Assembly (NCBI GenBank): GCA_041742355.1 | Contig: JBGSIV010000157.1 | Coordinates: 35,446-99,445, forward strand | Source: Candidatus Zixiibacteriota bacterium | GTDB lineage: Bacteria > Zixibacteria > MSB-5A5 > GN15 > FEB-12 | Reading direction: 5' to 3' | Length of the DNA: 64,000 nucleotides | Shown: positions 29,701 through 38,015 of the stretch, one piece after another | Layout of the letters: each line of letters opens with the position of its first letter | Numbering within the stretch: the first letter of the stretch is position 1 | Program-made: the position numbers and the translations under genes | Notes under the pieces: model-generated | Databases searched by the model: none | The model's input: only the letters and a program-made list of their open reading frames with translations | Told to the model about the DNA's origin: nothing

Positions 29701-32700
29701 TCGTACACACCGAGGACATCACCGAACGGCACGTATCGCAGGAGCGGCTGAAGACGCGTCTCCGGTACGAGGAGGGCCTGGCCGCCTGCTCGCAGACACT
29801 GCTGCAGGCGCCGGCGTCCGATGCTGCGCTCACCCAGACCCTGGTGCGTCTGCTGGAGGCCTCCGACGCTTGCCGCGCCTACCTGTACGAAAACTTCGAG
29901 AACCCTGACCTCGGGCTGTGTGCCCGGCAGACGCATGAAGTGTGCCGGGAGGGGGTACTCTCGCTGCTGCATGATCCCAAGCTCCAACGGGTACCATACT
30001 CGCCGAATTTCGAGCGGATGCGTGATCGGCTGGCGGCGGGCAACCCGGCCGGAGGGGTGGTGAACCAGATGGTTGGTGCGGCCCGGGATATGAACGAGCC
30101 GCTGGGTATCCGATCGGTGCTGACCCTGCCGGTATTCGTTGGCGGCCGGTGGTACGGTTTCGTGGGGTTCGACGACACCCGGTCGGCCCGGCTCTGGAAC
30201 GAGGAGGACATCCGCCTCCTGCGCACGGCCGCCGCCATGATCGGCTCGTATCTCGACATGGCGCAGGCCAACCGCGACCTCCGGGCGGAGCGTGACTTCA
30301 GCCGCCTGCTGCTGCAAACCGCCAACAGCCTGATCGTTTGCCTGGACGATCAGGCGCGGATCGTCGTTTTCAACGACGAGTTGGAGCGACTCACCGGATA
30401 TGCCCGGGAGGAAGTGCTCGGCAAGGTGTGGTATGAGCTCTTCCTGCCCGAACGCCAGCGCCACGAGGGACTGAATAACTTCGCGAAGTGGATCATGGCA
30501 CACCCGTCCGACCGCTACGAAGGGATTCTTGTTACGCGCGCCGGCGAGGAACGAACCGTGCTCTGGTCTAACTCCATCCTGAAAGACCCGCACACCGGGA
30601 TGACCACGGCCGTCGCCATCGGCCACGATATCACGGAACGCAAGGAGGCACAGCAGCGCTTCGAACGACTCTTCCGCAGCAGTCCGGCGCTCATGGCGCT
30701 GCAGACGCTGCCGGACCAGAGGTTTGCCGACGTGAATGACGCTTTTGTGCGGACGCTCGGCTACTCCAAGAGTGAGTTGGTCGGGAAGACGCCCGCCGAA
30801 CTCGAACTCGTTCTGGACAGAGCCGGCCAACTGGCCGCAGGCGAGCGGCTGGCCAAAGAAGGCCAGATATCGGGCTATGAATTCCAGATCCGACGCAAGG
30901 ACGGAGCGCTGCTGGATGGGCTGTTCTCCGGGGAGCTGATCAGTATCGTGGGAAGGCAGTTCGTGCTGACCGTTATGATCGACATCACCGAACGTAAGGC
31001 GGCTGAAGCTGCGGTGGCGGCAAGCGAGGAAAAGTACCGTGCGGTGATGGAGCAGACCGCCGACAATATCTACCTTGCTGAGTTTGATACCGGTCGCATC
31101 ATCGAACCCAACCCGGCGCTGTGTGAACTGCTCGGCTACACCTCGGACGAGATGCGCGACATGACCGTCTTCGATTTCATCGACCACGAGCGCGACGACG
31201 TGCGGGAGAAAATGGATCTTGTCGCCGCAGGAAGCTTGTCCTTCCTGCGCGAGCGCTACTACCGGACGCGCGATGGTCGTCGTATACCTGTCGAGGTTGG
31301 CATTAACGTGGTCGAGTACGCCGGGCGCAAAGTGCTCTGTATCGTCTCGCGCGACATTTCTGAACGGAAAGCGGCCGAAGAAGCCCTGCGTCAGCAGGAA
31401 GAGCGGTACCGCCTGCTCGTCGAAAACGTACGGGCCTCCATAGCACTGGTCGGCTACGACGGAACGTTTCTCTTCGCCAACGGCAACGCCGCCCGGGCGG
31501 CTGGCTGCAGCCCCCCGGAACTCGTCGGTAAGTCGCAGTGGGATGTGTTCCCGAAAGAACTGGCGGATCGTCAGATGGCCAATGTCCGCCAGGTAATCGA
31601 GAATGACCGTGAGTTTGTCAGCGAAGCCCCCGTCTTTTTGGCCGGCGAGTGGCGATGGTTCTACAATAACCTGCAGCCCTATCGTGATGTCTCGGGCCGA
31701 ACCACGGCGGCGCTGGTCATTGCGTACGACGTCACCTCGGCTCGGCAAGCCCAGCAGGCTCTGCTGCTGAGCGAGGAACGCTTTCATGACACGGCGGATC
31801 TGCTGCCGCAGACGATTTTCGAGACCGACGCAGAAGGCCGGCTGACCTACGTCAACCGCCACGGTTTCGAAGCGACGGGATACACGCCGGAGGACCTCGG
31901 GGCCGGCGTCTTCGTCGACCAGTTCTTCCCCGAAAACGAGCGGGATGCGATCTGGCGCGAATTACGCGAAGCCCTGAAGGGAGCCCCGTCCATCAGGGAT
32001 GAGTACATTCAGATGCGGAAGGACGGTTCCACGTACCCCTCGCTGATTTACACCAGTCCGATCGTCCGGGACGGCGTTGCCGTCGGCCTGCGTGGAGTTG
32101 GGATCGATATCACCGAGCGCAAGAAGGCCGAGGAGGAAGTGCGCCGCGCCAATCAGGCCCGCTATCGCCAATTGCGCGAAATCGCAGGAGGCGTATCTCA
32201 CGAAATCTACAACTCGCTGTATCCGGCGGTTGTCTCGCTGGACAAACTGCGATCGCTGCTCGCCGGTGCCGATGTGCGTGATGTCGCACGCACCGAACGC
32301 CTTCTTGCGATGACCGATACCGCCGTCAAACGAGCCATCACGCTGACCGAGATGGTGAACCAGTATTCAAAGCTGGACATGCAGCGGCAGGTCGAGGAGG
32401 TTTCTCTGGCCGCTATGGTGCACGACGCGGTCGACCAGAATAGCGACCGTATCGAGGCGACAGCTGTGGTGACCTCCGTGAGCGTTCCGGCGGGACTGAC
32501 GGTGATGATGTCGAAAGTGCACGTGCACAGCCTGATAAACAATCTGCTGATCAATGCAATCGACGCGGTGGCCGAAATGCCGGATCGACGGATATCCATC
32601 AGTGCCGTGCCCTGCGGCGCTCAAGTCCGGATCGAAGTCAGCGACACCGGGCCGGGAATTCCCTTCGAAGTGCAGCAGCGGGTATTCGAGCCGTTCTTCA

Positions 32701-32846
32701 CGACAAAACCGGCCCACGGGACCGGGCTGGGCCTCGCGATCGTGAAGCGCATTGTCGAGTTATATGGCGGAGAAGTCACGATCGAAACGGCTCTTGACAG
32801 AGGAACGACGTTTGGTATATTGCTCCCATCCGGCAACCAAGGTTAA
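26745..32846 (+). CDS. Giant membrane sensor histidine kinase (extracytoplasmic beta-rich domain, TM, 9 PAS, 1 GAF, HisKA, HATPase)
   Basis: Signal peptide; FG-GAP-like DFDYDGRRE; TM LLGAVIGLLVLLVALNY; nine PAS units ending in DITERK-like motifs; GAF (RSVLTLPV...GFVGFDD); H-box GVSHEIYNSL, NLLINAIDA, DTGPG, FEPFFTTK, GTGLGL. Confidence 0.93.
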   Translation: MDMRALQAVLTTVLLATAAVVVTAGPPARQLKVSTTDSPVFLPYEVTVREYASTSPASRVVGRALSVLKPSLFPGDSAIVIYAHNPVPSLDNPASFTVDNFTRRLVIDDNPIRMVLNDYRIFFGSSLTDARVFTTGFRNDSAFAATLSPFGDTVSWLYLTTGEDHSGDGNWEPELAVVAITDFDYDGRREGFVLVNAGRDLTPRELFCIDIEALAIEWSLPVATGVGWGGLYPCGDSADPGVIFASYNPKQGVSDSLFSDSWAYVTVVDRAGQVRLHRVIANDHGHIHILPTSSPDEFLVAHEVPFVAPQDTVDFPPNDFRVSVLRINGEVVASTPSLPNPIRSMWRPLAAEGKGGLWGITTDGRVWRFNDRLEVLANSEPSGLQCHAATIALPGMSDSVWVFNSEIGTVVVSSELKQLALLSPTGAGITDLLEYDADRQAASFVSGGGISTYVVTLRHRGLASYLNAFLNEYRVHLLGAVIGLLVLLVALNYRRAKVLQRLRGREVDFLAFCNATPDLAFRIDRNLVLRDYWAGDRSQLAVGPDQFMNRPMSAWASPELIRQAADCVERTLATQTLQTINYTLEVHGESRHYEMRMAPVGRDEILAVARNITDQVRAEQDLRNSEQRFRLLFEGARDAVVIAETETGIIVDVNRRGEELFGCPRSELIGKHQTQLHPAESREKYASMFREYVDQGGKQIPQVADIWRADGQRWPVEISAALVEIQGQSYIQGLFRDISERLEAEDALRQSEERFRTLVANVPAAIYRALPKPGQPMDFVSDEIESITGFAAAVFLPGGGKPYRDLVHPDDLPALDAAIGPAITSQQSFSIEYRLRDRRGEIHWVHERGQCVVGPDGEVSFIDGAVYDITERKLADQALRESEEKARAQFKGMPVPTYTWQRTEDDFVLVDYNDAAVVATEGKIASIVGSRCSDLYGERSQMQDDMQTCCESRTTVIREMHYAFQTVQKTAWMLVHYVFVPPNLVLVHTEDITERHVSQERLKTRLRYEEGLAACSQTLLQAPASDAALTQTLVRLLEASDACRAYLYENFENPDLGLCARQTHEVCREGVLSLLHDPKLQRVPYSPNFERMRDRLAAGNPAGGVVNQMVGAARDMNEPLGIRSVLTLPVFVGGRWYGFVGFDDTRSARLWNEEDIRLLRTAAAMIGSYLDMAQANRDLRAERDFSRLLLQTANSLIVCLDDQARIVVFNDELERLTGYAREEVLGKVWYELFLPERQRHEGLNNFAKWIMAHPSDRYEGILVTRAGEERTVLWSNSILKDPHTGMTTAVAIGHDITERKEAQQRFERLFRSSPALMALQTLPDQRFADVNDAFVRTLGYSKSELVGKTPAELELVLDRAGQLAAGERLAKEGQISGYEFQIRRKDGALLDGLFSGELISIVGRQFVLTVMIDITERKAAEAAVAASEEKYRAVMEQTADNIYLAEFDTGRIIEPNPALCELLGYTSDEMRDMTVFDFIDHERDDVREKMDLVAAGSLSFLRERYYRTRDGRRIPVEVGINVVEYAGRKVLCIVSRDISERKAAEEALRQQEERYRLLVENVRASIALVGYDGTFLFANGNAARAAGCSPPELVGKSQWDVFPKELADRQMANVRQVIENDREFVSEAPVFLAGEWRWFYNNLQPYRDVSGRTTAALVIAYDVTSARQAQQALLLSEERFHDTADLLPQTIFETDAEGRLTYVNRHGFEATGYTPEDLGAGVFVDQFFPENERDAIWRELREALKGAPSIRDEYIQMRKDGSTYPSLIYTSPIVRDGVAVGLRGVGIDITERKKAEEEVRRANQARYRQLREIAGGVSHEIYNSLYPAVVSLDKLRSLLAGADVRDVARTERLLAMTDTAVKRAITLTEMVNQYSKLDMQRQVEEVSLAAMVHDAVDQNSDRIEATAVVTSVSVPAGLTVMMSKVHVHSLINNLLINAIDAVAEMPDRRISISAVPCGAQVRIEVSDTGPGIPFEVQQRVFEPFFTTKPAHGTGLGLAIVKRIVELYGGEVTIETALDRGTTFGILLPSGNQG

Positions 32847-32854
32847 GTGTTTGT

Positions 32855-34210
32855 ATGACAACAGATAAAGGTAAGATACTGATAGTCGACGACGACCCTC
32901 TGGTCGTGGCCGCCGTACTGGAGCAGTTCATCGATGACTTCATAGTCGAAACGGCGCTGTCCGGGGCGGAAGCCTTGCGCAAGCTCGGCGAATCACCGCA
33001 CTTCGACGCAATTGTTCTCGACATTCGCATGGCCCGTATGGACGGATTGAAGACCGCCGATCGGATCAAAGAAATCGCCCCCGAAATCCCCATCATCTTT
33101 CACACCGGTTTCGCCGGCAGTTACTCCGAAGAGGAGATCGACCGCACGTATCGCCCGTTCGACTATATCGGCAAGAACGAATCACCGGCGCGGCTGCAGC
33201 GAGCCGTTAAGAATGCCGTGTCGTATCACCGGCTGTGGACAGTCGGCTCCGACCTGATCGAACTGGCGCGGGAGCGGTTCGGCATGGTCGGCAAATCCAA
33301 GGTAATGCGGGAAGTGTACCAGCGGATCGAGCAGATTGGCCCGACCAAGTCAAAGGTCATGATTCTCGGTCCAACGGGAACCGGTAAGGAACTGGTGGCC
33401 CGGGCGCTGCACCAGCGAAGCCAGCGCGCCAACCGGGACATGATGGTTTTCAACTGCAGCCAGAAGGATCCGACCCTGGTCGAGGCGGAGCTGTTCGGCC
33501 ATACCAAGGGGGCTTTCACCGGCGCCGTTACCGATCGAACCGGCTATTTCGAGGCGGCCCACGGCAGCACGCTCTTTCTCGACGAAATCGGCGACCTCGA
33601 TATCGGGACGCAGGCGAAGATTCTGCGGGCGATCGAACACGGCGAGGTTACCCCCGTCGGAACGTGCGATCGCCGGCTGGTCGACGTGCGGGTGATCTGC
33701 GCCACCCACCATGATCTCGCGGCCCGTGTCGACCAGGGAATGTTTCGCCAGGATCTGTACTTCCGCCTCAAAGGGGTGACCATACAGCTGCCGGCCCTGA
33801 AAGACCGCCGCGAGGACATTCCCGATCTGCTGGACTACTTCATCGAGCGGAGCTGCCGGGAAAACGGCTTTGGCCTGAAAGTCTTCGAACCGGCCGCCCG
33901 GGCGCTCCTGATCGAATTCGACTGGCCCGGGAATGTGCGCCAGCTCTCCGATACCGTGCAATCGCTCATTCAGCTTTCCCCCGGCCACTATATCACGCAG
34001 CAGGAGGTGGCCGACCATCTCGACTATGAGAGCCAGTTTGCCTCCGACGACACCGGGGGACTGACCGACGAGGTGAAGGAATTCAAGCGCCTGCGCATCG
34101 TCCAGGTACTGGACCGGGTTGAGGGAAACATAGCGGCGGCGGCAAGGGAACTGAAGCTCGACCAGGCTAATCTGCGAAAGATGATACAGAATCTGGGCAT
34201 TTCCACCTGA
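32855..34210 (+). CDS. Sigma-54-dependent response regulator (REC-AAA+-Fis HTH, NtrC family)
   Basis: REC VDDD/LDIRM; Walker A GPTGTGKE; ELFGHTKGAFTGA; Walker B FLDEIG; WPGNVRQL; HTH GNIAAAARELKL. Confidence 0.95.
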   Translation: MTTDKGKILIVDDDPLVVAAVLEQFIDDFIVETALSGAEALRKLGESPHFDAIVLDIRMARMDGLKTADRIKEIAPEIPIIFHTGFAGSYSEEEIDRTYRPFDYIGKNESPARLQRAVKNAVSYHRLWTVGSDLIELARERFGMVGKSKVMREVYQRIEQIGPTKSKVMILGPTGTGKELVARALHQRSQRANRDMMVFNCSQKDPTLVEAELFGHTKGAFTGAVTDRTGYFEAAHGSTLFLDEIGDLDIGTQAKILRAIEHGEVTPVGTCDRRLVDVRVICATHHDLAARVDQGMFRQDLYFRLKGVTIQLPALKDRREDIPDLLDYFIERSCRENGFGLKVFEPAARALLIEFDWPGNVRQLSDTVQSLIQLSPGHYITQQEVADHLDYESQFASDDTGGLTDEVKEFKRLRIVQVLDRVEGNIAAAARELKLDQANLRKMIQNLGIST

Positions 34211-34228
34211 CCCGGTGCGCCCAAAAAC

Positions 34229-34265
34229 AAAGCGGTGTCCGCCGACCGGCTGACACCGCTTTTTG
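34229..34265. terminator. Bidirectional terminator
   Basis: AAAGCGGTGTC...GACACCGCTTTTT hairpin between convergent genes. Confidence 0.7.
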
Positions 34266-34283
34266 TTTATCTGTCGGACAAGC

Positions 34284-34724
34284 CTAGCACGCCAGCGGCG
34301 CGGGCCCTGCCTTGAAGAGATAGTTGACCAGATAGGTCAGGTCAGATACGATAATCTTCGCATCGGCGTTGACGTCGCCGTGTTCGAAACAGCTCGGCGC
34401 GACACCTGCTTTGAACAGGTAGTTGACCATGAAGGTCAGGTCGCTGACGATCACTTTCGCATCGCCGTTCAAATCGCCGCGCAGGACGCAGCAGCCGCCC
34501 GATCCAAAATCCTGCCAGTAGCCCTGGTAGAGGTTGTAGGAGGTCGACGTACCGGCGCCGACTGCGGTTTGCCCGACCGTGCCGCTGAGGCGGTAGCTGG
34601 TCGACGATCCGTCACCGCCGCCGCCGGCTATTACCTGCCAGTCAATCTTCTCTCCGGCCGCCATGGCCGGGACAGCGCCACAGAGAAGTACCGCTGCGAG
34701 TGTAAGCAATATCCGCTTTACCAT
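34284..34724 (-). CDS. Small secreted protein with C-terminal dockerin-like domain
   Basis: Signal peptide; 50-aa domain IDWQVIAGGGG...SGTVGQ...YQGYWQ; GCCVLRGDLNGDAKVIVSDLTFMVNYLF repeated twice. Confidence 0.85.
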   Translation of the reverse strand: MVKRILLTLAAVLLCGAVPAMAAGEKIDWQVIAGGGGDGSSTSYRLSGTVGQTAVGAGTSTSYNLYQGYWQDFGSGGCCVLRGDLNGDAKVIVSDLTFMVNYLFKAGVAPSCFEHGDVNADAKIIVSDLTYLVNYLFKAGPAPLAC

Positions 34725-35428
34725 CCGATATCACCTTCCATTGAAAGGTCACTACCCTGTTTTTCGTCCGTCTATTTTGGCTGCCGCCCAGCGTGGGGCG
34801 TGTTGAAAGCAGTCTCTCTCCGTAGGCGCAACTGCAGGTAAGCAGTCACGGCGGCTGCCGTATTCTGTCGGTACTACCCCTAAAGAACGACTTTCTTGAG
34901 AAAAAGCAAGGGGAACTTTTTCGGTCCATGTTCCAGGAGAGCCACGGGGAAGCGCTATTTCTGCGTTCCCGAAAACCGGCTGAACCAAAATTGGAGGAAG
35001 ATCCGTCCAAAGCAGAAGAAGCCTCAGCCGGACGGCTCTTTGCGGCCGGCGTATGAGTCGCAGCGGTCGCACCTGACGCCCGAAGAATACCAGAAGTCAA
35101 TGCACTCCAATGCGTTACGGTGGCGCTGCGGCTTCTGTCGGGTGGTCGAAAAACGCACTGTGGAGATCGGAGTGACGGCGTCAGAAGTGCGCCGGGAGGG
35201 TATTATCGGTCATGTTATTGACGAATTTGTCGAACATAGTATATTGAGGGTAGATCCGCCGTCATTTCTACGAACATGCCTGGCGAAATACCCTCTTGAA
35301 AGGAGCAAGATGGGGTGGCGTGTGCGCGTCTGCCGCCAGGAGAATCTGCCTCACCACATACTGCCTGGTAGTTCACCGCGAGAAGCGACCTCTGAGAGGA
35401 AAGCAAACCGTTTATGGAGAAAAGAGCT

Positions 35429-37813
35429 ATGAAAGCACGACACGCAGTTCTTCTGGCTGCAGGCCTGACCCTGCTGTGCCTGCCCGGTCTTGTGTGGGCA
35501 GCACAGGCAGGACCGGTGTCGGCCGGAAACCTCAAGGGAATCATGGTCGACGCGCCGCAGACGAAGGCGGCCAGTGCTCCGCAGCACCTCACCGTTCAGG
35601 GAGAAAATCTCACGTACACCGCCCCGGCCGACGAACCGGAAATCGTCTACACTCTCACCAACAAGAGCCAGGGGGGCGAGGACATCGCCACGGCGTTCGC
35701 CATCCCGGGTATGCCCTTCGTGGATACCGGTACCACCGTCGGATATGCCGACAACTACTCCGAGGCGTGCGACGGTATCAACACCGCGGCCCGTCCCGAT
35801 GTCGTGTTCTCCTACACACCATCGGTCAACGAACTGGTGGACATCACCCTCTGCAAATCATCGTTCGCCACCCGGCTCTGGGTGTACGAAACCGACGCCA
35901 CCACCAGAATCGCCTGCAACCGGTTCGACGCCACGGCCTGCGCCCAGCCGCGCTCGACTCTCCTAAACGTGCCGATGGACGCTGGCGTCACCTACTACAT
36001 CGTGATCGACGGCGACTACCAGCTCACCCCGAACCAGGGGCAGTATATCATCGAATGCAGCGCCACCCAGCCATCCGACTCCGTTTCCCGCTGGCCCGCG
36101 CTGGCCGACAACGGCAAAGACCTCCTGATGCTGGGCTACTCCTTCAACAACGGCCTCGACTCGCAACTGTACTGGCAGTCATCCCTCGATGACGGCGCCT
36201 CGTTCGGCCCGGCCGGCTGGTGGACCGGATTGTTCTGGTCAAAGTACAGCTCGGTTGACTACTGGGGCCAGGATACGATCTTCTACGGCACTTTCGTGCC
36301 GCACCCGCTGAACAACGGCGGCGGCCGGACCTACCTGCATCGCTTCTACGATGCTAGCGACCCCGCCACATGGTCTCTCAGTTCCTGGAACTGGACCCAG
36401 TACGGCTGGAACAACATGAAGATGGCTGACATTGCCTGTGACAACAGCTTCATCTTCACCGCGGCCCCCGGCGACCACCGCTTCGGTATCATCTCGATGG
36501 TGCACAGCAGCACCTACGGGACACCGGCGGTCGGCAACGATGCACCGCACCTCTTCTACCAGACCGACTCGTCCACTTTCGCGACCATCAGCTGGTACAA
36601 CGACCTCAATGGGTGCCGCTCGACCACCTGCGATATCGACAAAGTGACGAAGTACTCGTATGCCGCGTACGACCGTTACGACGCCACCGACACGCAGTGG
36701 CAGCTGTTTGTCCGTGGCGACGTCTTCGGCAACCCCGATGACACCCTCTTCAGCGGCGGATTCAGCTACGCCCTCGATCCGGGCGAACATGTCGGGTATC
36801 CGGCCGTGGCCGCCAACAATGGCAACGTCCTCATCGCCACCGAGTACTACGCCGATGCCACGCCGAACGATCACGACATCATTCTCTGGTTTGATCCGAC
36901 AGTGACCGGCCGCTATGACACGCTGCAGACCAGCGTCGTCATCGCGACGACCGATGACGAGCGCTACCCGCGCCTTCAGCTGATCTCGGGCAGCAGCTTC
37001 ATTCTGTCCTACATCGCGAACAACCAGCTGTACATCACCGTGACCGAAGACGGCGGCGCTACTTGGACTACCCCGAGCGTCATCAGCAACGCCGACTATG
37101 TCGTAAACGAGTACCGCTCCTCCGACATCGGCGAAGGTGGTGGCAAGGTGATCTGGGAGTACCAGCCGGGACTGCCGGGTGATACGACGATATTCCTCCA
37201 CTTCGCCCTCACCGGCGTGGTTGTCGACAGCGACAACGACGGCTTCGACGACGATCTGGACAACTGCCCGACGATCGCCAACGCCGGCCAGGAAGATGCC
37301 GACGGTGACGGTGCCGGCGACGTCTGTGACGAGTGCACGGACACGGACGGCGACGGTTACGGCGACCCGGGCTTTGCCGCCAACACGTGCGCGGTCGACA
37401 ACTGCCCGACGCTGGCGAACGCCGACCAGGCTAATGCCGACGGCGACGGCCTGGGGAACGTGTGCGATGACTGCACCGATACGGATGCTGACGGATTCGG
37501 CAATCCGGGCTTCCCGGCCAACACCTGCGCCGTCGACAACTGCCCCACGGTAAGCAATGTCGGCCAGCAGGACACGGACAGCGACGGCGTCGGCGACGCG
37601 TGCTGCTGTGTCATGCGTGGCGACGCAAACAACGACACGAAGGTGATCGTCAGCGACCTGACCTTCATGGTCAACTTCTTGTTCAAGTCCGGCCCCGGGC
37701 CCGGCTGCCCGTCGCACGGAAACGTGAATGGTGACGGGAGCACGAACGTGGCCGATCTGACCTACCTGGTGAACTTCCTGTTCAAGTCAGGACCGGCACC
37801 GGCCGCCTGCTGA
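35429..37813 (+). CDS. Large secreted protein with BNR-like motifs, thrombospondin type-3 repeats and C-terminal dockerin-like domain
   Basis: Signal peptide; SLDDGASF and TEDGGATW Asp-box-like motifs; DNCP...NxxQxDxDGDGxGDxC repeats; dockerin GDANND...SDLTFMVNFLF. Confidence 0.88.
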   Translation: MKARHAVLLAAGLTLLCLPGLVWAAQAGPVSAGNLKGIMVDAPQTKAASAPQHLTVQGENLTYTAPADEPEIVYTLTNKSQGGEDIATAFAIPGMPFVDTGTTVGYADNYSEACDGINTAARPDVVFSYTPSVNELVDITLCKSSFATRLWVYETDATTRIACNRFDATACAQPRSTLLNVPMDAGVTYYIVIDGDYQLTPNQGQYIIECSATQPSDSVSRWPALADNGKDLLMLGYSFNNGLDSQLYWQSSLDDGASFGPAGWWTGLFWSKYSSVDYWGQDTIFYGTFVPHPLNNGGGRTYLHRFYDASDPATWSLSSWNWTQYGWNNMKMADIACDNSFIFTAAPGDHRFGIISMVHSSTYGTPAVGNDAPHLFYQTDSSTFATISWYNDLNGCRSTTCDIDKVTKYSYAAYDRYDATDTQWQLFVRGDVFGNPDDTLFSGGFSYALDPGEHVGYPAVAANNGNVLIATEYYADATPNDHDIILWFDPTVTGRYDTLQTSVVIATTDDERYPRLQLISGSSFILSYIANNQLYITVTEDGGATWTTPSVISNADYVVNEYRSSDIGEGGGKVIWEYQPGLPGDTTIFLHFALTGVVVDSDNDGFDDDLDNCPTIANAGQEDADGDGAGDVCDECTDTDGDGYGDPGFAANTCAVDNCPTLANADQANADGDGLGNVCDDCTDTDADGFGNPGFPANTCAVDNCPTVSNVGQQDTDSDGVGDACCCVMRGDANNDTKVIVSDLTFMVNFLFKSGPGPGCPSHGNVNGDGSTNVADLTYLVNFLFKSGPAPAAC
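37259..37600 (+). repeat. Intragenic 138-bp (46-aa) tandem TSP3 repeats, about 2.5 copies
   Basis: GACAACTGCCC starts at 37259, 37397 and 37535. Confidence 0.85.
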
Positions 37814-37843
37814 TACATCGCCGAGTTCATGCTCTGATCTCTC

Positions 37844-37879
37844 AAGCCGCCCCCATTCAGGAGGGCGGCTTTCTTTATT
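37844..37879 (+). terminator. Intrinsic terminator
   Basis: AAGCCGCCC...GGGCGGCTT followed by TCTTTATT. Confidence 0.7.
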
Positions 37880-38015
37880 GGCCGGGGAACCATAGGGCTC
37901 CTTAGGCCGGAAATTGCTTGCGATTCGCGCCGGTCTGACGTATCTCACGGTAGAGACGGTGTCGCGAAGACGCTGCCGTAACTGTGGCACGAAGAGACAA
38001 AGGATTTCAATACCT

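Noticed and set aside
34725..35428. Sigma-54 promoter or riboswitch in the 700-bp divergent intergenic region
   Set aside because: No convincing -24/-12 consensus or known riboswitch core found by eye
37259..37600. Regularly spaced repeats as a possible CRISPR array
   Set aside because: In-frame 138-bp coding repeats (TSP3) with no unique spacers and no cas genes
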